Assembly (NCBI GenBank): GCA_963764725.1
Contig: CAVXTM010000015.1
Location: 160,001-224,000, forward strand
Reading direction: 5' to 3'
From: an uncultured Gammaproteobacteria bacterium
GTDB taxonomy: Bacteria > Pseudomonadota > Gammaproteobacteria > JACCXJ01
DNA: 64,000 bases
Positions 1-9,177 of this stretch are shown one piece after another; position 1 is the first letter of the stretch, and each line of letters begins with the position of its first letter. Under the pieces are notes generated by a model, which ran no database searches, was not told the origin of the DNA, and saw only the letters and a program-made list of their open reading frames with translations. The translations under genes were made by a program, and so were the position numbers.

Positions 1-1060
1 GGGCGGGACGTGGAAACGATCGTCCGCGATCTGGTCGATGTGGCGGTCAAGATGATCCGCGAAGCGGCCATGGCGGGCGTGCGGCGTGCGGCGGAGGCTG
101 GCGGCCGAGGAGCGGATCCTGGACATTCTGTTGCCGGGAGCGCGGATCAGCGGAACACTAGATCTCGCGAATGCCGACGAAGGATCGACGACGCGTGATC
201 GCTTTCGCCAGATGTTGCGCAACGGTACGCTGGATGAGCGGGAGATCGAAGCCGAGCTCAACGCCCCGCGCATCGGGGTCGAGATCATGGCCCCCCCGGG
301 CATGGAAGAGATGACGCACCAGCTCCAATCGATGTTTCAAAACCTGGGGAGCGGTCGTACGCGCACCCGGCGGTTACGTGTCGCCGAGGCACGCAAGCTC
401 CTTGTAGAGGAGGAAGCGGTCAAGCTCATCAATGAAGATGAAATTAAATCCCAGGCCATACAAAGAGCAGAGCAGCATGGCATCGTCTTCCTGGACGAGA
501 TCGACAAGGTGGCCCGGCGTTCGGAATTTAGCGGCCCGGACGTATCCCGCGAGGGCGTGCAGCGCGACTTATTGCCCCTGGTGGAAGGTTGCACGGTTTC
601 CACCAAGTACGGGATGGTGAAGACTGACCATATCCTATTCATCGCTTCGGGGGCGTTTCATCTTTCCAAGCCCTCGGATCTCATTCCCGAGCTGCAAGGA
701 CGCTTGCCCATCCGTGTCGAGCTAGATGCACTTACAGTACAAGATTTCGTGCGCATACTGACCGAGCCGGACGCCTCGTTGACCGAGCAATACATCGCCT
801 TGATGGCGACGGAAGGAGTGAGCATGCGTTTCGCCGAGTCGGGGATAGCACGCATCGCCGAGGTCGCCTGGCAAGTCAATCAAAGGACGGAGAACATCGG
901 GGCAAGGCGCCTGCACACTGTGCTTGAGCGCTTGCTAGAGAGCATCTCTTATAGCGCTGGGAGCGGCGAGGTTGTAGATGTGGACATCGACGCCGCCTAC
1001 GTCGATGGGCAACTGGGCGAGCTCGCTGGCGACGACGACATCGCGAGATATATCTTATAA
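1..1060 (+). CDS. hslU: ATP-dependent protease ATPase subunit HslU (5'-partial; apparent +1 frameshift at ~96-97)
   Basis: [11 protein letters not shown] in frame 1 continues as [12 protein letters not shown] in frame 2. Motifs [33 protein letters not shown]. Confidence 0.95.
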
Positions 1061-1071
1061 CAGCCTACGCG

Positions 1072-1443
1072 ATGGCTGAAAAACCCTTTCCGGCCGAGAT
1101 CAAATTGCACCGCAAATCGCGCGTGCTGGAGATCAGGTTCAACGACGGCAATCGTTTTGATCTGCCGTGTGAGCTATTGCGCGTCTACTCGCCCTCGGCG
1201 GACGTCAAAGGCCACGGCCCGGAGACGGCCGTGCTTCAGACCGGGAAAGAGCAGGTCAACATCACGCTCATCGAACCGGTGGGCAACTACGCTGTTAGGC
1301 TCAGCTTCGATGACGGGCACGCCACCGGGCTCTATTCCTGGAGTTATTTGTATGATCTTGGAATGCATAGGGACCGTTACTGGATGAAGTATTTGGATGC
1401 ATTACGGGAAGCGGGTTACCAGCGCCGCTCGGCGTCCTCATGA
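1072..1443 (+). CDS. DUF971 / gamma-butyrobetaine hydroxylase N-terminal-like protein
   Basis: [13 protein letters not shown] and [21 protein letters not shown] motifs; usual position between hslU and ubiE. Confidence 0.9.
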   Translation: MAEKPFPAEIKLHRKSRVLEIRFNDGNRFDLPCELLRVYSPSADVKGHGPETAVLQTGKEQVNITLIEPVGNYAVRLSFDDGHATGLYSWSYLYDLGMHRDRYWMKYLDALREAGYQRRSASS

Positions 1444-2183
1444 GCGAGGCCACGGATTTTGGTTTTCAAAGGATCCGCGGCGAAGAAAAAGCACGGCGAG
1501 TCGCCGGCGTGTTTGCCTCGGTGGCGCCGCGGTATGATTTGATGAACGATTTGATGTCCGGGGGAGCGCATCGGCTGTGGAAGCGCTTCGCCGTCGCCGT
1601 CGCCGGTATCAAACGCGGCGAACGGATCTTGGACCTGGCCGGGGGCACCGGCGATGTGAGCGCCTTGATCGGGCCCGAGGTAGGTGCCGGGGGGCGGGTC
1701 GTTCTCTCCGACATCAATGGCCCCATGTTGCGGCTCGGCCGCGATCGCCTACTCGATCGCGGCCTGGCAAGCAATGTCGATGTCGTGCTTGCCAACGCCG
1801 AGCGACTGCCGTTTCCCGAGGACAGCTTCGATGCCATCCTGATCGCGTTCGGCTTGCGCAATGTAACGGCGAAGGAGCGCGCGCTCGTGTCAATGCATCG
1901 CGTGTTGCGTTATGGAGGGCGCGTGGTGATCCTGGAGTTTTCCCGCCTCGTGGTTCCACTTCTGCAAAGCATTTACGATCTTTATTCGTTCAAAGTGATT
2001 CCGGTGCTGGGACAACTTATTGCCGGTGATAAAGCGAGTTATCGCTACCTCGTCGAGTCGATCCGGATGCACCCCGATCAGGAGACCTTGAAAGCGATGA
2101 TGAACGACTCCGGATTCGAGCTTACGAGTTACTATAACCTCAGTGGCGGGATCGTTGCGGTGCATCGCGGGTACAAGCTTTGA
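1440..2183 (+). CDS. ubiE: Ubiquinone/menaquinone C-methyltransferase
   Basis: [37 protein letters not shown] motifs. Confidence 0.97.
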   Translation: MSEATDFGFQRIRGEEKARRVAGVFASVAPRYDLMNDLMSGGAHRLWKRFAVAVAGIKRGERILDLAGGTGDVSALIGPEVGAGGRVVLSDINGPMLRLGRDRLLDRGLASNVDVVLANAERLPFPEDSFDAILIAFGLRNVTAKERALVSMHRVLRYGGRVVILEFSRLVVPLLQSIYDLYSFKVIPVLGQLIAGDKASYRYLVESIRMHPDQETLKAMMNDSGFELTSYYNLSGGIVAVHRGYKL

Positions 2184-2827
2184 CGGGAGTCGCCGGCGCA
2201 CGCCTCCCGCCCGCGCTGCTAAGCTTTATGGAGCGAGTGTTGGGGTCGCTGTTGCGGCTCGACCCGGAGGCGCTTGAGCGCGTGGCAGCCATGGCAGGAA
2301 AAACCGTTGCCGTGGAGTTGGCGGGTCTCGGGCAGACGATCTATCTCTCGCCGGAAGCGGCCGCGATGCGGCTGCGAGCCGATCATTCAGGCGAGGTGCA
2401 CGTGCGGATCCGGGGCACGCCGCTGGCTCTGTTAGCCATGAGCGCCGACCCCGAGGGCGCGAGCGTCGCGAGCGGTGTCGAGATCATCGGCGATGTCGCG
2501 CTTGGCAGGCACCTGCAGTCGCTCTTGGCTGCGTTTAGCGTGGATTGGGAGGAATTGCTTTCCGGTTACCTCGGCGATTTCGCCGCGCATCAACTCGGAA
2601 ACGGGGGACGCGCGGCCGCGCAGTGGCTTGCCGAGATGCGCGCGACATTCGAGCGCGACATCGCCGAGTACCTCCGCAATGAGGCCGAGTTGTTACCGGA
2701 GCGATGGCAGATCCGGCAGTTTTTGGCTGATGTCGATGAGTTGCGCAGCGACATCGATCGCCTGGGCGCGCGGATCAAGCGGCTCTACGGGCGCTTAGGA
2801 AGGGCGGCAGAGGAACGGCCGGCGTGA
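2180..2827 (+). CDS. ubiJ: Ubiquinone biosynthesis accessory factor (SCP2 domain)
   Basis: DWEELLS..LGD motif, C-terminal coiled coil, ubiE-ubiJ-ubiB order. Confidence 0.9.
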   Translation: MTGVAGARLPPALLSFMERVLGSLLRLDPEALERVAAMAGKTVAVELAGLGQTIYLSPEAAAMRLRADHSGEVHVRIRGTPLALLAMSADPEGASVASGVEIIGDVALGRHLQSLLAAFSVDWEELLSGYLGDFAAHQLGNGGRAAAQWLAEMRATFERDIAEYLRNEAELLPERWQIRQFLADVDELRSDIDRLGARIKRLYGRLGRAAEERPA

Positions 2828-4491
2828 TTGGCATCGGCCAGTTCCTGCGCGTGCTGGTGATCCAGCGGGTCCTGATCCGCCATGGCCTCGATGAGATCAT
2901 TCTGGCGACACACCTTTTCCGGCCGATTCGGTTTCTTTTGTACGTGCTGCCGTGGAACTGGACACGCTCCGGCTATGCCCCGCGCGCGGAACGGCTCCGG
3001 CAGGTCCTCGAGGACCTCGGTCCCATCTTCGTGAAATTCGGTCAGGTCCTGTCGACCCGGCGCGATTTGATCCCGGACGATATCGCGGAGGAGTTCGCGA
3101 ATTTGCAAGACCATGTGCCTCCTTTTCCTGGGAGCGAGGCGCGTAAGATCGTCGAAGCCGCCTATGGGCGTTCGTTACAGCAGGTCTTCGCCGAATTCGA
3201 CGAGCAGCCCTTGGCCTCGGCGTCGATCGCTCAAGTCCACGCGGCAAAGCTACTGAACGGCCGCGACGTGGTGGTCAAGGTCGTGCGGCCGGGGATCAAA
3301 AAGGTCATCCGCCGCGATCTCAGCCTGCTCGATATCCTTGCCAACTTCGCGGAGCGCTACTGGAGCGAGGGGCGGCGGCTGAGGCCCACACGGGTGATCG
3401 CGGAGTACGAAAAGATCATACTCGATGAGCTTGATCTGGTGCGCGAGGCCGCGAGCGCCTCGCAATTGAAGCGGAACTTCGAAGGGTCGAGCGAGATTCA
3501 TGTTCCCGCCATCGAATGGGACCTGACCCACCGCAACGTGCTGGTGATGGAGCGGATATCGGGGATCTCGATCGACAACGTCGATGCTCTTCGCAAGGCC
3601 GGGGTGGATCTTAGAAGGCTGGCTGAGGTCGGTGTGCAATTGTTCTTTGCGCAGGTATTTCGCGATCGCTTTTTCCATGCGGATATGCATCCCGGCAACC
3701 TATTCGTGATCCCCCCTCGGGGCGACGAGCTGGCTAAGATCGTACCGGTCGATTTCGGGATCATGGGCTCGTTGAGCGAATTCGACCAACGCTATTTAGC
3801 CAATAACTTCTTGGCCTTTCTCAAACGCGATTATCGGCGTGTAGCGGAGCTGCACGTGGAATCGGGTTGGGTCCCCGCGGGCACGCGGGTCGATGACTTC
3901 GAGTTCGCGATCCGCTCCGTGTGCGAACCTATGTTCGAGCGCCCGATCAAGGATGTCTCCTTTGGCCACCTGTTGCTGCGCTTGTTCCAGACCGCGCAGC
4001 GTTTCAGGATGGAGGTCCTGCCGCAGCTCCTGCTGCTGCAAAAAACCTTGGTCAACATCGAAGGGGTGGCGCGACACCTGTGCCCCGATCTGGACATGTG
4101 GCATGCGGCCAAGCCATCCTTGGAGCGGTGGATGAGCGAGCGGGTCGGCGTGCGCCGGATCGTGGGGGCCACGCGCGAGAATCTGCCGATGTGGGCCGAG
4201 CGGCTTCCGAACCTCCCGGGCCACGTCGTGGATCTCCTGGAGCAGCTCAAGCAAGGCGATTTTACGTTGAATATCCATACCAGCAAGTTGCAGGATATTC
4301 AGCACGAGATCCGGATTGCCGCCGAACGCGCGGCCTACGCGGTGGCTGCCGGTGCGTTTATCTTGAGCGCCACGGTGTTACTCGGGCTCGCGGACGAGGA
4401 TACGTTGATGCTTGGCGATGCCCCCTTCGGCGTGTGGCTCATGGGCGGTTTCGGGTTAGTCCTACTGGCGCGTGCGTTTCGGGAGCGTTAG
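2824..4491 (+). CDS. ubiB: Ubiquinone biosynthesis kinase-like protein
   Basis: LGPIFVKFGQVLSTRRD, ASASIAQVH, FFHADMHPGN motifs. Confidence 0.97.
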   Translation: MIGIGQFLRVLVIQRVLIRHGLDEIILATHLFRPIRFLLYVLPWNWTRSGYAPRAERLRQVLEDLGPIFVKFGQVLSTRRDLIPDDIAEEFANLQDHVPPFPGSEARKIVEAAYGRSLQQVFAEFDEQPLASASIAQVHAAKLLNGRDVVVKVVRPGIKKVIRRDLSLLDILANFAERYWSEGRRLRPTRVIAEYEKIILDELDLVREAASASQLKRNFEGSSEIHVPAIEWDLTHRNVLVMERISGISIDNVDALRKAGVDLRRLAEVGVQLFFAQVFRDRFFHADMHPGNLFVIPPRGDELAKIVPVDFGIMGSLSEFDQRYLANNFLAFLKRDYRRVAELHVESGWVPAGTRVDDFEFAIRSVCEPMFERPIKDVSFGHLLLRLFQTAQRFRMEVLPQLLLLQKTLVNIEGVARHLCPDLDMWHAAKPSLERWMSERVGVRRIVGATRENLPMWAERLPNLPGHVVDLLEQLKQGDFTLNIHTSKLQDIQHEIRIAAERAAYAVAAGAFILSATVLLGLADEDTLMLGDAPFGVWLMGGFGLVLLARAFRER

Positions 4492-4591
4492 CCACAGTGC
4501 GCGGTCGCTCGCGGAAAGGCAAACGCATGTTCTCGACAAGCTACTACGCCGCATCTTTACATGGACAACCCGCTCGGGGGGCAATTTAAGC

Positions 4592-4681
4592 CGTCGTGCC
4601 GGCATGGATTGCTGGTATCCAGACGACAGAGACGTTACCTTGAACGTCATCCTGAACGTGTGGATTTCGGGATCCCCTGCC
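4592..4681. repeat. Degenerate CGTC-type REP-like palindrome pair between convergent ubiB and intI
   Basis: cgtcgtgccggcatggattgctggtatccag (imperfect stem) followed by a decayed inverse half tggatttcgggatcccctgcc; related to 15579-15623. Confidence 0.5.
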
Positions 4682-4692
4682 GCCTCGCGGGA

Positions 4693-5715
4693 TCAAAGCG
4701 AGGCATCCAGCGGACTTCTTACCCCGCGCCCGCCCCGGTTGAGCACATGGGTATAGATCATGGTGGTCGAGACATCGGCGTGGCCGAGGAGCTCCTGCAC
4801 CGTTCGTATGTCGTAGCCGCCCTGCAACAGGTGCGTTGCGAAGGAATGGCGTAGGGTGTGGCAACTTGCAGGCTTTACCAAACCCGCGGTCCGAACCGCC
4901 TGTCTGAGACCACGCTGCAACACCGTCGGGTCGATATGATGCCTCCGCTCGATTCCGCTCGTCGGGTCGATCGACCGTTTCGATGCCGGAAAGACATACT
5001 GCCATCCCCATTCGCGATTGGCATTGGGGTACTTGCGCTCCAGCGCATAGGGCAGGTAGACGGTGCCAAAGCGCTCGGAGAGATCCCGCTCGTGCAGAGC
5101 CTTGACCTTGGAGAGATGCGTCCTTAGCGGTTCGACGAGCTGGGCGGGCAGCATAGTGATGCGGTCCTTCGCACCCTTGCCGTCGCGCACGACGATCTGG
5201 TGCATCGCGAAATCAAGGTCCTTGATGCGCAGCCGAAGGCACTCCATGAGTCGAAGTCCACTGCCGTAGAGCAGCCCTGCCATCAACCAGACGCTGCCCT
5301 TAAGCTCAGCCAGCACCGCGCGCACCTCCTCTACCGTCAAGACTATTGGCAAACGCACCGGCCGTTTGGCGCGTTCCACATTCTCAATGGTACCGAGCTC
5401 TTGCAGGAGCACGTGATGGTAGAGAAATACGAGCGCGTTGAGGGCCTGATTCTGCGTCGAAGCCGAGACCTTCCGCGCCACGGCCAAGTGTGTGAGGAAG
5501 GCTTCGACCTCGCGGGCACCCATCTGGCGTGGATGGCGCTTGCCGTGGAATAATATAAAGCGTTTAATCCAATGTATGTAGGCTTGCTCGGTGCGAATGC
5601 TGTAATGTCTCCGACGAACGACATCGCGAACCTGATCAAGCAGTCGGGGCGGAGGCGCTGGCGATTTGACGGCAACTTGCTCCTCGCCGTCTTTCCAACC
5701 AAGAACGATTCCCAT
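4693..5715 (-). CDS. intI: Integron integrase (intact)
   Basis: [20 protein letters not shown]-terminus, LLYGSGLR, IntI-specific insert ([23 protein letters not shown]), [23 protein letters not shown]. Confidence 0.98.
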   Translation of the reverse strand: MGIVLGWKDGEEQVAVKSPAPPPRLLDQVRDVVRRRHYSIRTEQAYIHWIKRFILFHGKRHPRQMGAREVEAFLTHLAVARKVSASTQNQALNALVFLYHHVLLQELGTIENVERAKRPVRLPIVLTVEEVRAVLAELKGSVWLMAGLLYGSGLRLMECLRLRIKDLDFAMHQIVVRDGKGAKDRITMLPAQLVEPLRTHLSKVKALHERDLSERFGTVYLPYALERKYPNANREWGWQYVFPASKRSIDPTSGIERRHHIDPTVLQRGLRQAVRTAGLVKPASCHTLRHSFATHLLQGGYDIRTVQELLGHADVSTTMIYTHVLNRGGRGVRSPLDASL

Positions 5716-5776
5716 TTTTTTGTAATCCTTTGATAGCTATAATGGACCCCCTGAACCGCCCCGCTCTTGCCGCAGG

Positions 5777-5805
5777 ATACTACGGCGCTCCCCTGTGTAC
5801 GTCAA
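5777..5805 (-). promoter_or_regulatory. sigma70 promoter Pint
   Basis: Minus strand TTGACG-17 bp-TAGTAT, about 60 bp upstream of the intI start. Confidence 0.7.
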
Positions 5806-5808
5806 CAG
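5793..5808. promoter_or_regulatory. LexA (SOS) box overlapping the Pint -35
   Basis: CTGT-GTACGTCA-ACAG matches CTGT-N8-ACAG; SOS control of intI is established. Confidence 0.8.
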
Positions 5809-5899
5809 TCGATCGCTACCGCCGCCTAGCGCCTCTCACGAGTCCCGCATGATCGGCCCGCAAGCTATTGACGGAGTTGTATATTGGGTGGCGAGTAGA

Positions 5900-5952
5900 G
5901 GGGCCGCGCCGCAAAACAAGGCGGCAGATCGGCCGCCCATTACATGTTGGGC
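5900..5952 (+). other. attI recombination site (crossover G^TT at 5946/5947; left boundary approximate)
   Basis: GTTGGGCGCC (5946-5955) is the exact complement of GGCGCCCAAC (6421-6430), the first attC R''. Confidence 0.8.
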
Positions 5953-5980
5953 GCCACATTTATAGACTGGAGCACATGTT

Positions 5981-6202
5981 ATGGAAAAGCAACTTACAGC
6001 TATCATCGAGCGTGAAGGAGATGGCTATGTTTCACTCTGCCCCGAGCTGGACATTGCGAGCCAGGGTGGCACTATCGAAGAGGCGCGCGATAACCTCCAA
6101 GAAGCTCTTCAGCTTTTCTTTGAATCCGCTTCGCCTGACGAGATCAAGCAACGTTTCCACGAAGAAGTGTATGTAACGCGGGTGCCCGTTGCCGTTGGGT
6201 AA
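5981..6202 (+). CDS. hicB: HicB-family antitoxin (cassette 1)
   Basis: AIIEREGDGYVSLCPELDIASQGGTIEEARDNLQEALQL; short form with no DNA-binding domain. Confidence 0.9.
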   Translation: MEKQLTAIIEREGDGYVSLCPELDIASQGGTIEEARDNLQEALQLFFESASPDEIKQRFHEEVYVTRVPVAVG

Positions 6203-6416
6203 ATTGAGAGCACTTTCCGGGAAAGAGCTATGCGCTATTCTCAACCGGCATGAATTCGTGGAAGTGCGTCAGCGGGGTAGCCACATCGTGATGCAAAAGA
6301 AGCTGCTGGGCACAACGATAACGGTGCCAGTGCCAAATCATCCAGAGCTTCGCATAGGCACGCTTCAGTCGATCATTCGTCAGTCCGGTGTACCACGGAG
6401 CGAGTTTGAGTCATGA
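6195..6416 (+). CDS. hicA: HicA-family mRNA interferase toxin (cassette 1; start may be 6189)
   Basis: RQRGSHIVM, VPVPNH.EL..GTL.SI.RQSG motifs; overlaps the hicB stop. Confidence 0.92.
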   Translation: MGKLRALSGKELCAILNRHEFVEVRQRGSHIVMQKKLLGTTITVPVPNHPELRIGTLQSIIRQSGVPRSEFES

Positions 6417-6423
6417 GGTTGGC

Positions 6424-6486
6424 GCCCAACAACGCGCTCCACACGGACGCTCCTGATCGTCGCGCCGGTGAGCTTATGCGTTAGGT
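6424..6486 (+). other. attC site 1
   Basis: R'' GCCCAAC, imperfect palindrome, R' GTTAGGT. Confidence 0.9.
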
Positions 6487-6499
6487 CTCACAGGTAGAC

Positions 6500-6928
6500 A
6501 TGCCGGACATTTCACCTCCAGTCGCGACACTCCTGGCAGTATTGCTCAGCGGCTTCTTGTTGCTATATGTCAATCGCAAGAATGCCCGCCGAACCGCTAC
6601 GGCGAAGTATCGTGCTGCGCTACTTGAGGCATTCACCGGTCTTTACCCAATTCCAACCAATTGGCCAGTCAACGTTGACGCGCATCTGAGGCAGATCTTT
6701 CCTCAACTTCAGCGCGCTGTAGCGGAGTTCCGTTCGTATGTTCCTTGGCGTCGCGCTTACGATCGAGCTTGGTTCGTGTATCGTCTTGGCACGGATGGTC
6801 GTGAAATCGACAAGCAGCTCTATCATCAGTACATGGGTTTCACTTCTCCCGGGGAACCGGTCATTAATCCCAAGGGAACGTTCTATACCAACGTCAACAA
6901 GTTGCTTGGTTTCGCCAGTGAGACCTAA
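6500..6928 (+). CDS. Hypothetical protein with N-terminal transmembrane helix (cassette 2)
   Basis: 142 aa ORF fills the cassette and stops inside R''. Cassette ends GTTAGGTCTCAC / GTGAGACCTAAC are 12 bp complementary. Confidence 0.85.
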   Translation: MPDISPPVATLLAVLLSGFLLLYVNRKNARRTATAKYRAALLEAFTGLYPIPTNWPVNVDAHLRQIFPQLQRAVAEFRSYVPWRRAYDRAWFVYRLGTDGREIDKQLYHQYMGFTSPGEPVINPKGTFYTNVNKLLGFASET

Positions 6929-6985
6929 CAACGCGTTCAAGGGGCGACGCGCGAAACGCGCGCGCCCTTAACGCGGGCGTTAGCT
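6923..6985 (+). other. attC site 2
   Basis: ACCTAAC..gcgttcaagggg..cccttaacgc..GTTAGCT, with the extrahelical base visible. Confidence 0.93.
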
Positions 6986-7001
6986 TTTAGAGTGGCACAC
7001 A

Positions 7002-7817
7002 ATGTCAGATGACTCGAACGCCATAAAGATTGCAAACGACTCCGGCTTTCCGCTTCAAATTGTTGTTGAAACGATCGTTACAAAGTTGACGAAGTCTCAC
7101 GGCTGGAAGGTCCGCTTTTCTGAACACTCGTGGGCCAATCGTAAGGGCAGCGCCAGCGGCTTTATTGATTTGGTTCTAGAAGACAAGCACGGGAGTACGT
7201 ATCTCGTTCTAGAATGCAAGCGAAAGAACGAAACTTGGGTATTTATGCGCACGGACGGTACTGCAAAAACGCGGAAACACGCAAAGGCGTGGGCAACTCA
7301 CTATAGAGAAGAAACCCTAAAGCGGTTTGGATGGGAAGATGTTACGCCGGACCCGGCTTGTCCAGAAGCTAGTTCCTGTGCTGTTCGCGGGATGTCCGCT
7401 AACGACAAGACAACTATGCTGGAGCGAATCGGCGGCGAGCTTATAGAAGCAACAGAGGCCTTCGCCCGGGAACAGCGCGACTTCCGTCGATCGAAGCAAG
7501 AGACGATTCGTTTCTATTTCAACGTTATCGTAACTACCGCCCAACTGAAGATTGTAAAGTTCGCTCCGGAATCCATTTCCCTTGAGGATGGAACGTTTGC
7601 GGACGCAGAGGTTGTGGACGTTCCTTTTGTTCGCTTTCGAAAGCAGCTTTCGTCTCGCGCGGTACGCTTGACGCATGAGCAGTTCGAGAACGGGTTCGAC
7701 CCTGCATATGAGAGAGAGAATACGGTGTTTGTTGTTAGAGCAAGCGAACTCCTCGACTTTCTCCAACAATTTGAACTGTCTGAAAATGACTTTCTTAAAT
7801 TTGCGCATGAAAGCTAA
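7002..7817 (+). CDS. Putative PD-(D/E)xK (restriction-endonuclease-like) nuclease (cassette 3)
   Basis: SGFPLQ N-terminal helix, FIDLVLE...LVLECKR catalytic pattern; stop inside R''. Confidence 0.7.
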   Translation: MSDDSNAIKIANDSGFPLQIVVETIVTKLTKSHGWKVRFSEHSWANRKGSASGFIDLVLEDKHGSTYLVLECKRKNETWVFMRTDGTAKTRKHAKAWATHYREETLKRFGWEDVTPDPACPEASSCAVRGMSANDKTTMLERIGGELIEATEAFAREQRDFRRSKQETIRFYFNVIVTTAQLKIVKFAPESISLEDGTFADAEVVDVPFVRFRKQLSSRAVRLTHEQFENGFDPAYERENTVFVVRASELLDFLQQFELSENDFLKFAHES

Positions 7818-7901
7818 CCATCGCATCAAAGCCGTTCGCTTCTCTCACTCGACCGCGCAAGCGCGATGCACTTGCGCGGCGCTTTATGCGAGTCGTTGGG
7901 C
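7812..7901 (+). other. attC site 3
   Basis: AGCTAAC..cgcatcaaagc..gctttatgcg..GTTGGGC; R'' complements the cassette start GTTAGCTTT. Confidence 0.92.
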
Positions 7902-7971
7902 CGATCGTGGCGGCGTGCTATCCGAGGGGCTCCAGTCCGCGTCATCTCCTGAGGCTCCCTGAGACCTTTCG

Positions 7972-8851
7972 ATGGTTCTGAGTCGTCCGACGTGCGAGGC
8001 GGGTGTGATGACGAGTCCACGCGCAACCTTGCCTCTCTTTGGAGGCGTCCACTGCGACACCGACGTTCTCACTTGGACTGGCCGATGCGTGATCGGCACC
8101 ATTCCATGCCGCATCTACGCACCGAGCCCGCTGCCCGCTTGGATTCCGTCTTCGCTAGGACCATTGGCGGCGCCTTTAGATCCGCAGTATCAGAAGGATC
8201 CGGATTGGCCAGCCGGCGGTTGGGGAATAATCAACTCCAGGCGCTCGGCAACTATAGAGGCACTTGGCCTTGAATACCTTGACCACGACCCTCCTCCAGA
8301 TCTGTTACGGTTTGATAGGGACGTCGCGCACTGGAGGACGGTGTTTCAAGACTGGCTCACTGTGCTCGCTGGAGGTCCTACAGCCTTCGAGGAACGTGAC
8401 CCCGGTACGATATGGAATACCAAAGAGCGAGCTCGCGACCTCATGTACGCAAGCTACTACGCGGGTGATATCTGGGAACCAGAAGCGATCACACGCTGGC
8501 AGTGGGAGCATGCCTTTGATCATTCTGTGGCCGGTGATGCCGCACCGCTGTCCCGAAAGCTCCTCGCGCTTGCCACACGGGACGCGGCACGGGCAGATGG
8601 GCGTAGCGCCGTGATTCATGCGGCAACGGCTGCGGAATGCGCTTTGACGAGGGGGCTCTTGCGGCAACTCCAGTTAACAGCTCTCCAGAAGAGGCTCACC
8701 TCACACTTAGCAAGACTCGCATGTTGGGACGGCGTCTAGCGCAGCCGTAGCTTCGGCCTCGACAATCATCAATGAGCTTGACCCCCTCTCAGAGCACTGC
8801 GAGGAGCCAACCCGTGAATACCTTCTCGATAGTGAGTCTGACGAGAAATGA
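7972..8851 (+). pseudogene. Cassette 4 gene, HEPN-like C-terminal region, apparently frameshifted or internally deleted
   Basis: DGRSAVIHAATAAECAL helix motif. The called ORF stops at 8739, but another frame (AAVASASTIINELDPL...DEK*) ends at 8851 next to R''. Confidence 0.55.
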
Positions 8852-8857
8852 GACTCG

Positions 8858-8864
8858 GCCCAAC
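8858..8864 (+). other. attC site 4, left fragment (R'' box), split by the inserted element
   Basis: TCGGCCCAAC (8855-8864) complements the cassette 4 start GTTGGGCCGA (7895-7904); no attC body follows. Confidence 0.85.
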
Positions 8865-9177
8865 CAGTAACCAGTAAGGATTGAGACGACCATGGATGGT
8901 CGTTTCAATCCAATGTTCAAGAAGCCCGGTGTTGGGTGGGTTCTTTATTAGGGGATTGCTTCGGTGAAGGGTGGGTGATGTGGTGGCTATGGGAATCGGG
9001 AGCTGGAGATAGCCGAGTAGAGGGCGATCGGATCTGGGTGTTGGGTATCGTAATCGGGACGGGTTTAGGGAACTGTTAATAATGCCTTTCAGGGTGGGAT
9101 TAGGGGTAGCAGGCAAAGGGAGGACGTGACCCGAAGAAGACACCGGGGGCAGCGCGGCGTTTGCAAGTTGCTATGGG

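Noticed and set aside
5868-5896. Candidate cassette promoter Pc (TTGACG at 5868)
   Set aside because: No convincing -10 at 16-18 bp spacing; Pc cannot be placed from sequence alone.
8769-9143. 124 aa minus-strand ORF rich in Pro/Thr/Leu
   Set aside because: Reflects the G/T-skewed non-coding end of the IS91-like element and crosses the insertion junction.
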